In this document: positions 21,501-30,445 of the stretch, one piece after another | Numbering within the stretch: the first letter of the stretch is position 1 | How the letters are laid out: the number at the start of each line of letters is the position of its first letter | Notes under the pieces: generated by a model | The model's input: only the letters and a program-made list of their open reading frames with translations | Told to the model about the DNA's origin: nothing | Database searches by the model: none | Translations under genes and position numbers: made by a program | NCBI GenBank assembly: GCA_045535075.1 | Contig: JAZSKX010000017.1 | Coordinates: 64,001 to 128,000 of the forward strand | Length of the DNA: 64,000 bases | From: Candidatus Spyradenecus sp. | GTDB lineage: Bacteria; Verrucomicrobiota; Verrucomicrobiia; Opitutales; UBA953 | Direction: 5' to 3'

Positions 21501-24500
21501 CGGTTTACGGTTGTCGCGTAAGATGCAGCGTTATTTGTAAAGGCAACGCCGTTCGTGTTTTTGAGTGCGAGGGTCAGCGCCGTCGGAGCATCCGTGTTAA
21601 TGAAAACATTTCCGCCTCCGGCGAGCTCTTTAAATGCCTGATTCGTCGCGATGTAAAGAGAACCGTTCCCGCCGATATTTGCCGACGCAGAATCGGAAAG
21701 CAGGTTTTCCGTAGCCAAGTAAAGATTGCCTTCCGTAACCGACAGAGTTCCGACGAAATCCTTTCCGGCGCTCCCCGTGTTTCGGAGAGTCAAATCTCCC
21801 GTTCCCGATTTTTCGATCGTTCCCGCCCCGGCAAACGCGCGATCAACCGTCGCCGCCTTCGTCGCACTTAATTCAAGTGTCGCGCCCGCAGCCACGGAAA
21901 CGGATTTTCCGGCTCCGACAAAATCGGCATCGACCAAAGCGAGCTCACCGGCTTCAACAGCGAGATTTCCGCTCAAAGTCGTCGAGCCGTTCAAAGTCAA
22001 AACACCCGTTCCCGCCTTAACTAAATTCCCTTTGTTATCCATCGTTCCCGCCCACGTAACGACACCATCCGCTTGATTGAGCGTCAAAGTCGAATTCGCA
22101 TTGCTGACGAAAATATCGCCCTGCGCTTTTACGTCGGACTCCGAGCGGGAATACAGGCTCATGGTCAAATTACCGCCGGCGACAATGGTTTTTCCGAAAT
22201 AATTTACTTCCGAACCGAAAGTGAGCGAGCCTTCGCCTTTCTTTTCGAAATTTCCGTCGCCCGTTAGAGCCTTATCAAACGTGTATTCCTTAGAAGCGTC
22301 CGTTCCCGTGTTAACGGAAAGCGTTGCTCCCGCCGCGACAGAGATCCCGTCGGCAAACGTTCCTTCGGTGTAGGCATCGACATCCATTTCGACTGCGCCG
22401 CCGAGGACTTTGAGCGATTTCGCCTCAACCGTTCCCGCGATGGTAACGCGTTCGTCTCCGACCTTAATAATATTGTTTGCCGCCAGTCTTCCGTTAAAGG
22501 AAAGACGGTCGATCATTTCATTCAAGTCGGCAGAATCGGTTCCCGCATTCTGCCCAAGCAACTTAACGTAGAGGCGCGTCACGTCGGCAACCGTTACGGT
22601 GTTCGGTTCCACGTCACGACCGAAAAGCTCTTTCAACGCTTTGCGTTCCGACGAGCCGAACTGTTCGTTTTTGAAGTAAGCCACTAACGCTTCTGCCTGA
22701 TTTTCCGTGAGCCCAGAGCCCCGGAAATCCAAAATCGGCTTGAGATAAGTTTTAACAAGCTTATCGGAATCGTTCCCGCTCGTGCTCGGGTAGGTTTGCA
22801 GAATTCTGTCGCTGTTGCCGAGATCGTCGGTTACGATTACGCCGAGCGCGTTTCCGACGGACGCCTGATATGCGGAATTAAGGACGGAGCGGCGGGAAGC
22901 GTCTGCTCCCAACTGCAAATCTCCGTTTTCAAGCGAGAGTTCCGTATTGGTTCCGCCGACGAGAGAAACCAGATTCTGCGCTCCCGCAAACGTTACCGTC
23001 GTTCCCGCATTCATCCAAACCATGGACGAATTCCAAAGCGATTGCGATTTTGTCGCATTGATTGCGCCTTCCTCAATCACCGTCGCGCCCATGTAAGAAA
23101 TCATGGAGCCGCCGTCGAGAGTTAAAGTCTTTGCTCCGGTTTTTACGAGATTCCCGGTCCCTGTAATTGCTCCGGAGAATCGGCTGTATTCCAGCTCGTC
23201 CCCATTCCCGGTTTTGCCCGAGATTCCAAGAACGTCGTCCGTCGCATCAAGGGTTGTACAGACGGTCAGAGTCGAGCGTCCCAAATCCACCTTGGAATAA
23301 TAATCACCCGTGAGATTATTGATTTTTTGGTTGGTGTTATTAAACGAAAGAGTCGAAATCTGCGAACCGGCATAAAGGTCCGTTTCCGTTCCGACTTTCC
23401 CCGCAAGAACGACGGCTTTTGCATTGCCGACGGACCCGCCCGAGAATTCAACGCTGTCCGTGTAGGAAAGACGTTCCAAATCGGCACCGGAAATTACCTG
23501 TTCTTTGCCGGCTGCATCCGTGTAGTAATAAACGCGTTCCCCGAGAGCATTTTTGTAGTACGCAACGTTATCGAAGGTTTCTCCGAGCTCGGTCGTGTAA
23601 GTTCCGAATCCGTTCACGTCATAATAGCGATAATTGCCTTCGGCGTCCGTGTAGCCCGCCAAATCCTGTGCGGTGAGAACGAGCGTCAGCCCGCGTTCCA
23701 CAAAAACTTCGCCCGTAATAAAACGCTGTTCGACACCGAGCTCAATCGTTCCCGGGTTGCGGCTATCGCTGACGTCAATCGGCCCGCCCAAAGTGTCGAT
23801 AAGAGCAAACGTACTAAAATGAACATCCTGCAGGTTAATGCGTGTTTTCAACGTTTCCGTTGCATTTTCGACAAGCGTAAAGTTCACGCCGTCCGCCGCA
23901 TAAAGCCCGGGTTCTTTCACCCAGTTTGCCGCATTGTATGCCTCGCCTTTGGTCCAGTCGTAGCTTCCCGGATCCAAATCGATTGCCGTAATGTTGACAA
24001 CGACATTGCCGGCTTCAAGCAATGCGAGCTTTTCATAATTTGCGCCTTCAAGCATCAGCGCAAGATCCCCGGCTCCGTACTTAACGACGGTTCCGCCCTT
24101 AATAAGCGAGCCGTCCGCATTTACGCCGGCGGCATCTCCGGCCTCGTTCACACCGCAAATCGTTCCTTTGTAAATCCCGCCCTTGCCGGCTTCCTGATAA
24201 AGCGCAAGCACGGAACCTTCTTTAACCGCCAAGTAAGAACCGCTTCCCGTTCCCGCGACAATCGGAGCATCTTTGTCTGCGGAATCCGCGGCGTTTTGGA
24301 CTGCGCTCGCCGCAGAAAGATTCGTATCGAGCGCTCCGACTCCGTTCGCAAACATCGCTTGGAAATTGCGAATCGCCTCGTTGTTGTTCACGACGAGCGT
24401 TCCCGCAGAAGAATCCGTGAAAAATGCCTCTTTGTAATAAGTAACCTGAACTGTGTTTTGATCTCGGCGTTCCGTGCGGTCAAACAGAACACGCACATCC

Positions 24501-25585
24501 GCACCCAAGCGCGACGCTTCCGAAAGGGAAGACGTTACCGCACCGTTCCCGCTGGAGTTTTGGGGATCGATCGTTCCCGCAATCGTCAGCGAACCGGCAT
24601 TCCAAAGCGTACGCCCGTATTCCAAATCACCGTAGCCGTACTTTGCCAACGCTCCCGTGACATCCACGGAAATCGCATCATTGACGGCGGCATTCAAAAC
24701 AACGCTTCCGCCTGCGACGAAGAACTTCCCGCTGAAATCGCGGTTCTCGCTCAGCATCGTAAGCTTGCCTTCGCCGGTTTTATAAATATCCGCATCCCCG
24801 ATGATATAACCGACGGATCCTCCGTCCTGCAAAGTCCCGTTCGGATTTGTGCTATCCCACGCATCAATATGAATATTGACGTGATAAATATCGTCTGCCG
24901 ACTTCGTCGTGTTCCCGTTGTTGCGCCCGACATCCAAAAATGAGCCTGCCTGGTCGTTATTTTCCCCGGCTCGGAGATTGTGGAGGAAAACAAAAACATT
25001 TTTCCCCGCCATCGGTTTTTCCCCGCCGTTCGAAAAATTGTAAAGAAAGCGGCTTTGCCCGACATTTAAATAGGCTCCGTTCCAAAGCGTGATCTTGTCA
25101 ACACCCGCCATCTCGCCTTCCCGCGGCAATCCGGCAACCATGCTGTTCACCTGAGGACCATAGTCTTTCCACAAATTCACATAGCCGCTGAGCAAAAGCG
25201 TTCCGGATCGGACGACCAGCTCTCCCGCATTCCAAGAGGGATATTGGATATCCTTTGGCCACGTTTCTACGATTGAACCGGCTTCACTTACGCTAATTGA
25301 GGCCTTCTCGGAGAGATTGGACTGATAAACGGCATAAACATCCGTTCCGTCCGAACGCCCGAAAATTTCAAGCGTTCCGTCGCCGGATTTGACTAGCGTT
25401 CCCGAGCCGGAGAAATTGGAGGAAATCGTCAAATTGGTATCGTTATCAACCTCGATTGTTCGATCTGCGTAGTTGGTAAAATTGGTTCCGTCCGCCCGGT
25501 CGTACGGTGCTGCGCCGGAAAGAACGGCACCGGCAATGAGACCCGCGGCCAATAAAGTTGTTTTCGTAAGAATCGGGAAACGCAT
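18512..25585 (-). CDS. Large autotransporter (2357 aa) with passenger-associated repeats
   Basis: Signal peptide, LVKSGDGTL-type repeats, C-terminal barrel ending AGFRHCF; clearly paralogous to 11251..18486. Confidence 0.9.
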   Translation of the reverse strand: MRFPILTKTTLLAAGLIAGAVLSGAAPYDRADGTNFTNYADRTIEVDNDTNLTISSNFSGSGTLVKSGDGTLEIFGRSDGTDVYAVYQSNLSEKASISVSEAGSIVETWPKDIQYPSWNAGELVVRSGTLLLSGYVNLWKDYGPQVNSMVAGLPREGEMAGVDKITLWNGAYLNVGQSRFLYNFSNGGEKPMAGKNVFVFLHNLRAGENNDQAGSFLDVGRNNGNTTKSADDIYHVNIHIDAWDSTNPNGTLQDGGSVGYIIGDADIYKTGEGKLTMLSENRDFSGKFFVAGGSVVLNAAVNDAISVDVTGALAKYGYGDLEYGRTLWNAGSLTIAGTIDPQNSSGNGAVTSSLSEASRLGADVRVLFDRTERRDQNTVQVTYYKEAFFTDSSAGTLVVNNNEAIRNFQAMFANGVGALDTNLSAASAVQNAADSADKDAPIVAGTGSGSYLAVKEGSVLALYQEAGKGGIYKGTICGVNEAGDAAGVNADGSLIKGGTVVKYGAGDLALMLEGANYEKLALLEAGNVVVNITAIDLDPGSYDWTKGEAYNAANWVKEPGLYAADGVNFTLVENATETLKTRINLQDVHFSTFALIDTLGGPIDVSDSRNPGTIELGVEQRFITGEVFVERGLTLVLTAQDLAGYTDAEGNYRYYDVNGFGTYTTELGETFDNVAYYKNALGERVYYYTDAAGKEQVISGADLERLSYTDSVEFSGGSVGNAKAVVLAGKVGTETDLYAGSQISTLSFNNTNQKINNLTGDYYSKVDLGRSTLTVCTTLDATDDVLGISGKTGNGDELEYSRFSGAITGTGNLVKTGAKTLTLDGGSMISYMGATVIEEGAINATKSQSLWNSSMVWMNAGTTVTFAGAQNLVSLVGGTNTELSLENGDLQLGADASRRSVLNSAYQASVGNALGVIVTDDLGNSDRILQTYPSTSGNDSDKLVKTYLKPILDFRGSGLTENQAEALVAYFKNEQFGSSERKALKELFGRDVEPNTVTVADVTRLYVKLLGQNAGTDSADLNEMIDRLSFNGRLAANNIIKVGDERVTIAGTVEAKSLKVLGGAVEMDVDAYTEGTFADGISVAAGATLSVNTGTDASKEYTFDKALTGDGNFEKKGEGSLTFGSEVNYFGKTIVAGGNLTMSLYSRSESDVKAQGDIFVSNANSTLTLNQADGVVTWAGTMDNKGNLVKAGTGVLTLNGSTTLSGNLAVEAGELALVDADFVGAGKSVSVAAGATLELSATKAATVDRAFAGAGTIEKSGTGDLTLRNTGSAGKDFVGTLSVTEGNLYLATENLLSDSASANIGGNGSLYIATNQAFKELAGGGNVFINTDAPTALTLALKNTNGVAFTNNAASYATTVNRVVSTDYSAFGAYTGSVGVYGTNATATEFKVGGTGTFVFNGELESQVALSVSDSATLITTILDHDVALTGENARVIFATDSADARLDGKVLFDASVPAGNRKLGKIGTGSLTIESSNAASWLGSDLQVLEGELRLEGSDAFKFNSAVVVAGATLSLECAYDVTPDLSKIEGSGTIALLETASSSSETLELTGTSMLTSTAVDGGRYFNGVLDAGSFKIVVTGTGVKLASLQTTGGLETSKQVFLAQNHDTTIGGSFNANVVVSGKGCLNIEDVQATGTILVDNGKVQVSAEASKLNNTPTGGLRVKNDATIYFTTNSDRSNRLSDVEVRMDEGAKVGTVSLIKSGNGTSSLAFDGVADGGKSLLFASDALWAAATTSANTRLVLGVDQGELIVSGLSAIDSAVGFTTLASDAKNSAGTFVIRAGEANEVLDRSISGTGNVAFRGSKTTSVSANQTYTGTTTVENGTTAEFKNVSLATSILKVENGGTMKGGVKLTGVKVPAIAKTTSAATTADATVGGNFVNDGTVVLDVNNGDSIDYAGTFENNGVIRLTGTAAATRGNELVLFNSLSGTTYSKEELTALFGYGKLTNGATSLMLSQSDTGVISAYAVGTSLAEVGGLRDGLAGSFTDVLDEMSGVDAGIATGIIFESELLANWGPIGVALNQVSASALADEIAKLSPIGYASMIAMSRNSFENDWRAIAERASHRRYDSTNELYDNGLEFFARAQTSVVENGSGSDAANFDFNSYGALVGFDVKPDDFSLYGFTLGYDYGSASLHNSGGKIRSDGFRATAFASGLLGDGSIFLDGALHLGLNSYDIERNTLVGKSEGDTDGWNAGAAVTLGKGFMLSKDKNKLVVVTPYIGLSYLFSKVGSFDESGIAGLDVDSFDAHSVRGRLGATFDWKFPLGDWEARVSLDLAYHHEFVDDDADIDARFKQYRDTAFDVSAAIGSSDAFSIAPSMTVDLSERDSLSLGYMLQYGTDEQINHNFNAGFRHCF

Positions 25586-25602
25586 AGGAAAAAAGATTAA
25601 AA

Positions 25603-26760
25603 TTATTCGTTGGGTTCGAGAACAAAGGTCGTACCTTCTTTAAGAATGTAGCCTTCGGGGGATTTTTCTAAAATGGCTAACGCTCCGGAGCCGGTTACCG
25701 CCGCCAAGCGGACAAGAATCGGCTCGCCGTCCAACGCAACGACGAGGCGGCATTTCGCTCCCTCCTTCAATCCTTGCGTATTGCTGACGGCAATCTGGAA
25801 ACGCGTATTGCTGAAAAGCATACTGATTTTTCCGGTGATTTTCGCGGGAACGGCGGGAGCGGCTTTTTCTTCCGCAGGTTTTTCCGCCGGAGCTGCTTCG
25901 GAAGCAACTTCCACCGGAATATCCGTTGCGACTGCCGGCGCGTCCGAACCGGGCATAATCGCAGAGCGAGCCGCAAATGCACCGCTCCAAACCTTAATCA
26001 TTCGCCCTTTGAGCGGGAGCAAAATTTCAACTACGCGAGAGCCGACGGGAAGCTCCGTCAGCGCACCGTCCGTCAGCGTCGCGGGAGCGCCGTCAACCTT
26101 GACAACCGCGCCTTGCTGAAGCGCCAACACCAAGGGAACGTCCGGCAAAACAATTTTACCGTCGGGTTTTTGCGCCGGAATGTTCCCGCGCAAATCAAAA
26201 TTCAGTTTTGTCATTTCTCCGGCTCGGATTTTTACGCGTCGCGTCTGCACGCCGTAGCGGGAAGAACGCGCCTCCACGGTTACTTCCTGCCCGAGCGGCA
26301 ATCCGCCCATCATCAGAGAACCGTGCCCTTTGAGTTCTCCGTCAACAAACAGCGCGACATCTCCCGGAAGGCACGAAACCATCAATTCTCCCGTGCGCAT
26401 TTTAAGCTCCGGAGCCAATTTCGTAATTTCTCCGCCGCGCAACAAAACATTTTCAATGCGGCAGGGAGCCTGCGCGTCCCGATGCTCAAAAATAAAAACA
26501 TGCGTTCCCGCGGGGACATTTACGGAATCAAAAACGCCGTCGCTCCCGACGGTGCCGACGGGAAGTTTTTCTTCTCCGGCTAAGCGAAAAATTTGAGTTC
26601 CGGGTTCTGCCCTGACAATGAAAAACGGACGTGCGACCGCCGCAGAAGCCGCTTCCGCAAAGGCTCCGACGGGAACGACGATCCATGCGGCGAATACGGC
26701 AATCACCCAAAAAAACCAAGGAACAAACGAAATATTCTGTAAGCGAGTGAGAAAAGACAT
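25603..26760 (-). CDS. PEGA-domain-like exported protein
   Basis: N-terminal hydrophobic segment; GELMVSCLPGDVALFVDGELKG...GLPLGQ...VKIRAGE matches the PEGA pattern; Ala/Pro/Glu linker. Confidence 0.65.
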   Translation of the reverse strand: MSFLTRLQNISFVPWFFWVIAVFAAWIVVPVGAFAEAASAAVARPFFIVRAEPGTQIFRLAGEEKLPVGTVGSDGVFDSVNVPAGTHVFIFEHRDAQAPCRIENVLLRGGEITKLAPELKMRTGELMVSCLPGDVALFVDGELKGHGSLMMGGLPLGQEVTVEARSSRYGVQTRRVKIRAGEMTKLNFDLRGNIPAQKPDGKIVLPDVPLVLALQQGAVVKVDGAPATLTDGALTELPVGSRVVEILLPLKGRMIKVWSGAFAARSAIMPGSDAPAVATDIPVEVASEAAPAEKPAEEKAAPAVPAKITGKISMLFSNTRFQIAVSNTQGLKEGAKCRLVVALDGEPILVRLAAVTGSGALAILEKSPEGYILKEGTTFVLEPNE

Positions 26761-26897
26761 CTAGGAAAAGGGGAAATATGAGCAGGGTTTGTTTCCTGCC
26801 ATAACACAGCTTTTGACGCGGGAAGTCAAGCACGCTATTAGAGAGAATTCCGCTTAAAATACTCGCGTAAACACCGAAAAGTCCGCCCTCGCATGCA

Positions 26898-26932
26898 CAA
26901 AAAAAATCCGAAAGGCGAAAACCTTTCGGATT
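26898..26932 (-). terminator. Terminator after ferredoxin
   Basis: A-run-ATCCGAAAGG-cgaaaa-CCTTTCGGAT. Confidence 0.8.
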
Positions 26933-26949
26933 AAAGAAGAGACGGAAAA

Positions 26950-27183
26950 TTATTCCCCGTCGTCGCCGATTGCATCAACCGGGCAAGAACCCTTTGCTTC
27001 TTCGCAAAGAGCAATTTCTTCGTCCGTCGTCGGTTGCTTGATGACGATCGTCACGCCGTTGTCGTCGTCACGCGCGAAGAAATCGGGTGCCATTTCGCGA
27101 CAGACGTCGCAATCGATGCACTGGTTGTCAACGTAGAACTTACCGGGAACGCATCCCTCATTTTTATCATCAATGTTTGCCAT
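26950..27183 (-). CDS. Ferredoxin (single Fe-S cluster, 77 aa)
   Basis: FYVDNQCIDCDVC...CPVDAI; start MANIDDK at 27183. Confidence 0.9.
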   Translation of the reverse strand: MANIDDKNEGCVPGKFYVDNQCIDCDVCREMAPDFFARDDDNGVTIVIKQPTTDEEIALCEEAKGSCPVDAIGDDGE

Positions 27184-27193
27184 AGAACTCCCC

Positions 27194-27221
27194 AGTATGC
27201 GACTCTTCCCTTCGTTGTCAA
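27194..27221 (-). promoter_or_regulatory. Putative sigma70 promoter of ferredoxin
   Basis: TTGACA-16 bp-CATACT on the minus strand, ending 10 nt before the ATG. Confidence 0.45.
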
Positions 27222-27327
27222 AGGTAAAGCCGAAATTATCTGTTGTTGATCGGATGCTCCCGCACGAAAAGCGGAAGCTGAAACTTGGAGCTTTCTTAAT
27301 TTCGCCGCTTGCGTTAGTCTTTCGGGC

Positions 27328-28533
27328 ATGGCTTGCAATAATATTTCCGGTTCTCAAGGTCGCTACGCCGCCCGCGGCGTTTCTTCGTCCAAAGATGAAG
27401 TTCACGCCGTCGTCGATAAAATCGACAAAGGGCTTTTCCCGGGCGCGTTTTGCAAAATCACGGAAGATTTTCTCACCGGGAATCCGGAATTGTGTAACTG
27501 CACGCACTCCGACGGCTCGGGAACGAAATCATTGCTCGCCTATATGTATTGGAAAGAAACCGGCGACGCCTCCGTTTACCGCGGGATCGCACAAGACAGC
27601 ATTGTCATGAACATCGACGATCTGCTCTGCATCGGCGTTACCGGCAACACGATTATTTCCTCGACCATCAATCGCAACGCCAAGTCCATCCCCGGCGAAG
27701 TTCTTGCCCAACTCATCGGCGGGACCGAAGAATTTTTGCAAATGCTCCGCGACTATGGCGTCGATATTCGCTCCGGCGGCGGCGAGACCGCCGATGTCGG
27801 CGACCTTACGCCCACCTGCACCGTCGATTCCTGCGCAACTTCCGTGCTCCCGCGTTCCCGCGTTGTCGATGCCGCCCGCATTCGCCCCGGACTTTCCATC
27901 GTCTCGCTCGCGTCTTCGGGAACTTGTGCTTACGAACCCGTTGAAAACTCCGGCATCGCCTCCAACGGGCTCACCTCCGCGCGCCACGAAATGCTTTCTA
28001 AATACTACGCAGAAAAATATCCGGAAACTTTCGACAAGCGCATCGACCCGGAATTTGTTTACTGCGGCCCCTACAAAATGACCGACGCGCTCCCGGGATC
28101 AACGCTCACCGTCGGGAAAGCCCTGCTCTCGCCGACACGCACCTACGCGCCGTTTGTTCTGCGTTTGCTCAAGGAGCTTCCCGTTGAGCGCGTCTATGGG
28201 CTCATTCATTGTTCGGGCGGCGCGATGACGAAGTGCATCCGCTTCGGCTCCAACGTTCATTTCATTAAGGACAATCTGCTTCCGGTCCCGCCGATTTTCA
28301 AAGCTATTCGCGACGCAAGCAAAACCGATGCCGCCGAAATGCACCGCGTTTACAACATGGGGCAACGTCTCGAAATTTACGTCGAAGAAAAAGACGTTCC
28401 CGCAGTTCGGCAAATTGCGGATTCGCTCGGAATTGTCTCACAGGTTACGGGACGCACCGAAGCCTCCCAAAAAGCTGACGGCTCCAACCACATCACGCTC
28501 ACGAGCGCCGACGGCGAAATCGTCGAATATTAA
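27328..28533 (+). CDS. purM: Phosphoribosylformylglycinamidine cyclo-ligase (AIR synthase)
   Basis: [50 protein letters not shown] motifs. Confidence 0.9.
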   Translation: MACNNISGSQGRYAARGVSSSKDEVHAVVDKIDKGLFPGAFCKITEDFLTGNPELCNCTHSDGSGTKSLLAYMYWKETGDASVYRGIAQDSIVMNIDDLLCIGVTGNTIISSTINRNAKSIPGEVLAQLIGGTEEFLQMLRDYGVDIRSGGGETADVGDLTPTCTVDSCATSVLPRSRVVDAARIRPGLSIVSLASSGTCAYEPVENSGIASNGLTSARHEMLSKYYAEKYPETFDKRIDPEFVYCGPYKMTDALPGSTLTVGKALLSPTRTYAPFVLRLLKELPVERVYGLIHCSGGAMTKCIRFGSNVHFIKDNLLPVPPIFKAIRDASKTDAAEMHRVYNMGQRLEIYVEEKDVPAVRQIADSLGIVSQVTGRTEASQKADGSNHITLTSADGEIVEY

Positions 28534-28630
28534 TTCGAACTCTAAAAACCGGAATCGGCAATTCCCTCGCTTTCGTCGAACAAAACAGGGGTTTGCCGAT
28601 TTTCCTTTCTCCGGATAAATCGATTTCCCA

Positions 28631-29251
28631 ATGAACACGCTTCAAACTCTCGGCATCGCCGTCGCGCTGGCATCGGACGCAATGATTGTCGCCTTTTCCT
28701 ACGGCGCAATCATCCGCTCCGGACGCCGAGCCGCCGCTCTAAAACTCGCGGGAACGACGGCGTTTTTTCAGGCGCTCATGCCGATTTTGGGCTTCATGGC
28801 GGCAAACAGCGTTCTCCGCTACTGCACAAGCTGGGAACCTTGGATCGCCTTTGCCGTTTTCGGAACTCTCGGCGGAACAATTATTTACAACGCAATTTTT
28901 AACCACGAAAATAAAAACGCCGCAATGCAGGACGACGGATGCGCCTGCGGGAAATGCGTATTGGGCGGCAAACGCCTGATCGCCGTCGGCATCGCAACGA
29001 GTATCGACGCGCTTTTTGTCGGCGCCGGAATGCACTGCCTCGCGGGAGCGCACGTCGAGCTCGCAGACGTTTTTCCGGCGGCGACAATTATCGGCGGCAT
29101 AACTTTCTTCGGGGTTTTAAGCGCATTCGGTGTTTCTCGGATTTTCAGAAAACTGCCGCAGCGAATCATGGAAATCGCGGCAGGATTAATTCTGCTTTCT
29201 CTCGGCGTCATCGCGCTCGCCCAACACCTTTGCGCGGAGGCGGGAAAATGA
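28631..29251 (+). CDS. mntP: Manganese efflux pump MntP family
   Basis: ALASDAMIVAFSYG, FFQALMP, GIATSIDALFVG, EIAAGLILL. Confidence 0.85.
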   Translation: MNTLQTLGIAVALASDAMIVAFSYGAIIRSGRRAAALKLAGTTAFFQALMPILGFMAANSVLRYCTSWEPWIAFAVFGTLGGTIIYNAIFNHENKNAAMQDDGCACGKCVLGGKRLIAVGIATSIDALFVGAGMHCLAGAHVELADVFPAATIIGGITFFGVLSAFGVSRIFRKLPQRIMEIAAGLILLSLGVIALAQHLCAEAGK

Positions 29252-30234
29252 AATCCGAAAACATCCCTTTCTCTCAAAACCGCGAAGCAAGTATCGGCGC
29301 ACTCGGCGAAATCGCGCTCCTGAAAAAAATTGCCGCATGGCTTGCTCCGTTCCCGCAAGTTGCCCGCCCCTCCCCGCGCGGCATCGGCGACGATTGCGCT
29401 GTTTTCCCGAACGAACACGGGAACGCCCGACGCCTCGTAACCACCGACAGCGTTATTTTTTCCAAGCATTTTGACGCAAGCGTTTCCCCGCAAGCCGCCG
29501 GAGCCAAACTAATCAAACGCAACGCAAGCGACATTGCGGCAATGGGCGGCGTTCCCGCGGATGCCGTGCTTTCACTGGTCATGAGCCGCGACATCAAAAT
29601 CGAGTGGTTAGAAAAATTTTACGCGGGAATGGCGCAAGCCTGCGCCGGGCTCAGCATCGAACTCGCCGGCGGCGATGTTGCCTCCGCACCGGCGGGAACG
29701 CAAATTTTCATTGCAACGCTCACGCTCACCGGATTCTGCGAAAACGAACCGCTCTTACGGGCAGGCGCACAAGTAGGCGATGTCGTTTTCGTCACGGGAA
29801 CACTCGGCGGCAGCATCGAAAAAAAACACTTTGCGTTTACCCCGCGCCTGAAAGAGGGGGAATTTTTGGCAAGTTTCCCGCGAGAGAAAATTCGCGCCTG
29901 CATGGATATTACGGACGGCTTGGCAAAAGACCTGCGGGAAATCGTTCCCGCAAACGCGCATATTGAATTCGATTTTTCCGCAATTCCGATTTCCGACGAA
30001 GCGGAAAAACTTTCCGGCGGCAACCGCGAACTCGCGCTCGAACACGCATTTTGCGACGGCGAAGACTACGAACTTGTTTTTTGCGTCGCAGCGGAATTCG
30101 AATCAACGCTTAAGGCTCTTTGGCGGGAACGCTTTCCGCAAACGCCCTTGGCAAGAATCGGGCAAATTGCCTCCGGAGCCGCATCGTTCCCGCAACTCGG
30201 GAAATCCGGCTCCGGCTACGAACATTTTCGTTAA
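29248..30234 (+). CDS. thiL: Thiamine-monophosphate kinase
   Basis: GIGDDCAV, NASDIAAMGG, GGD, DITDGL, GEDYELVF; start overlaps the mntP stop (ATGA). Confidence 0.92.
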   Translation: MKSENIPFSQNREASIGALGEIALLKKIAAWLAPFPQVARPSPRGIGDDCAVFPNEHGNARRLVTTDSVIFSKHFDASVSPQAAGAKLIKRNASDIAAMGGVPADAVLSLVMSRDIKIEWLEKFYAGMAQACAGLSIELAGGDVASAPAGTQIFIATLTLTGFCENEPLLRAGAQVGDVVFVTGTLGGSIEKKHFAFTPRLKEGEFLASFPREKIRACMDITDGLAKDLREIVPANAHIEFDFSAIPISDEAEKLSGGNRELALEHAFCDGEDYELVFCVAAEFESTLKALWRERFPQTPLARIGQIASGAASFPQLGKSGSGYEHFR

Positions 30235-30445
30235 AAATTTCGCGCCTCAGGCGAAAGCGCTTTTATCGCCCGGCAAACACAATTTTCCTCTCTCATCACG
30301 GAAACCTTAAGAAATGAGAGAGCGTTGATCCTACCCGTTCCGAATTACCGAACCCCGGTTGCTGATTTTCACGGTTGATTTTTCCTACTCTGCGGCTATA
30401 TTTTCGCCATCTCTAAAAAACCAATCACTACGATAGGATATAAAA

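Noticed and set aside
10900..24943. Long plus-strand ORFs (e.g. 10900-12255, 14482-15462, 23327-24943)
   Set aside because: Antisense shadows of the autotransporter genes with no recognisable motifs.
28534..28630. yybP-ykoY manganese riboswitch upstream of mntP
   Set aside because: A hairpin is present (AATCGGCAA...TTGCCGATT), but I could not find the conserved riboswitch core.
28939..29247. N-terminal extension of thiL in the ORF track (431 aa)
   Set aside because: It overlaps mntP; the ATG at 29248 coupled to the mntP stop gives a normal-length ThiL.
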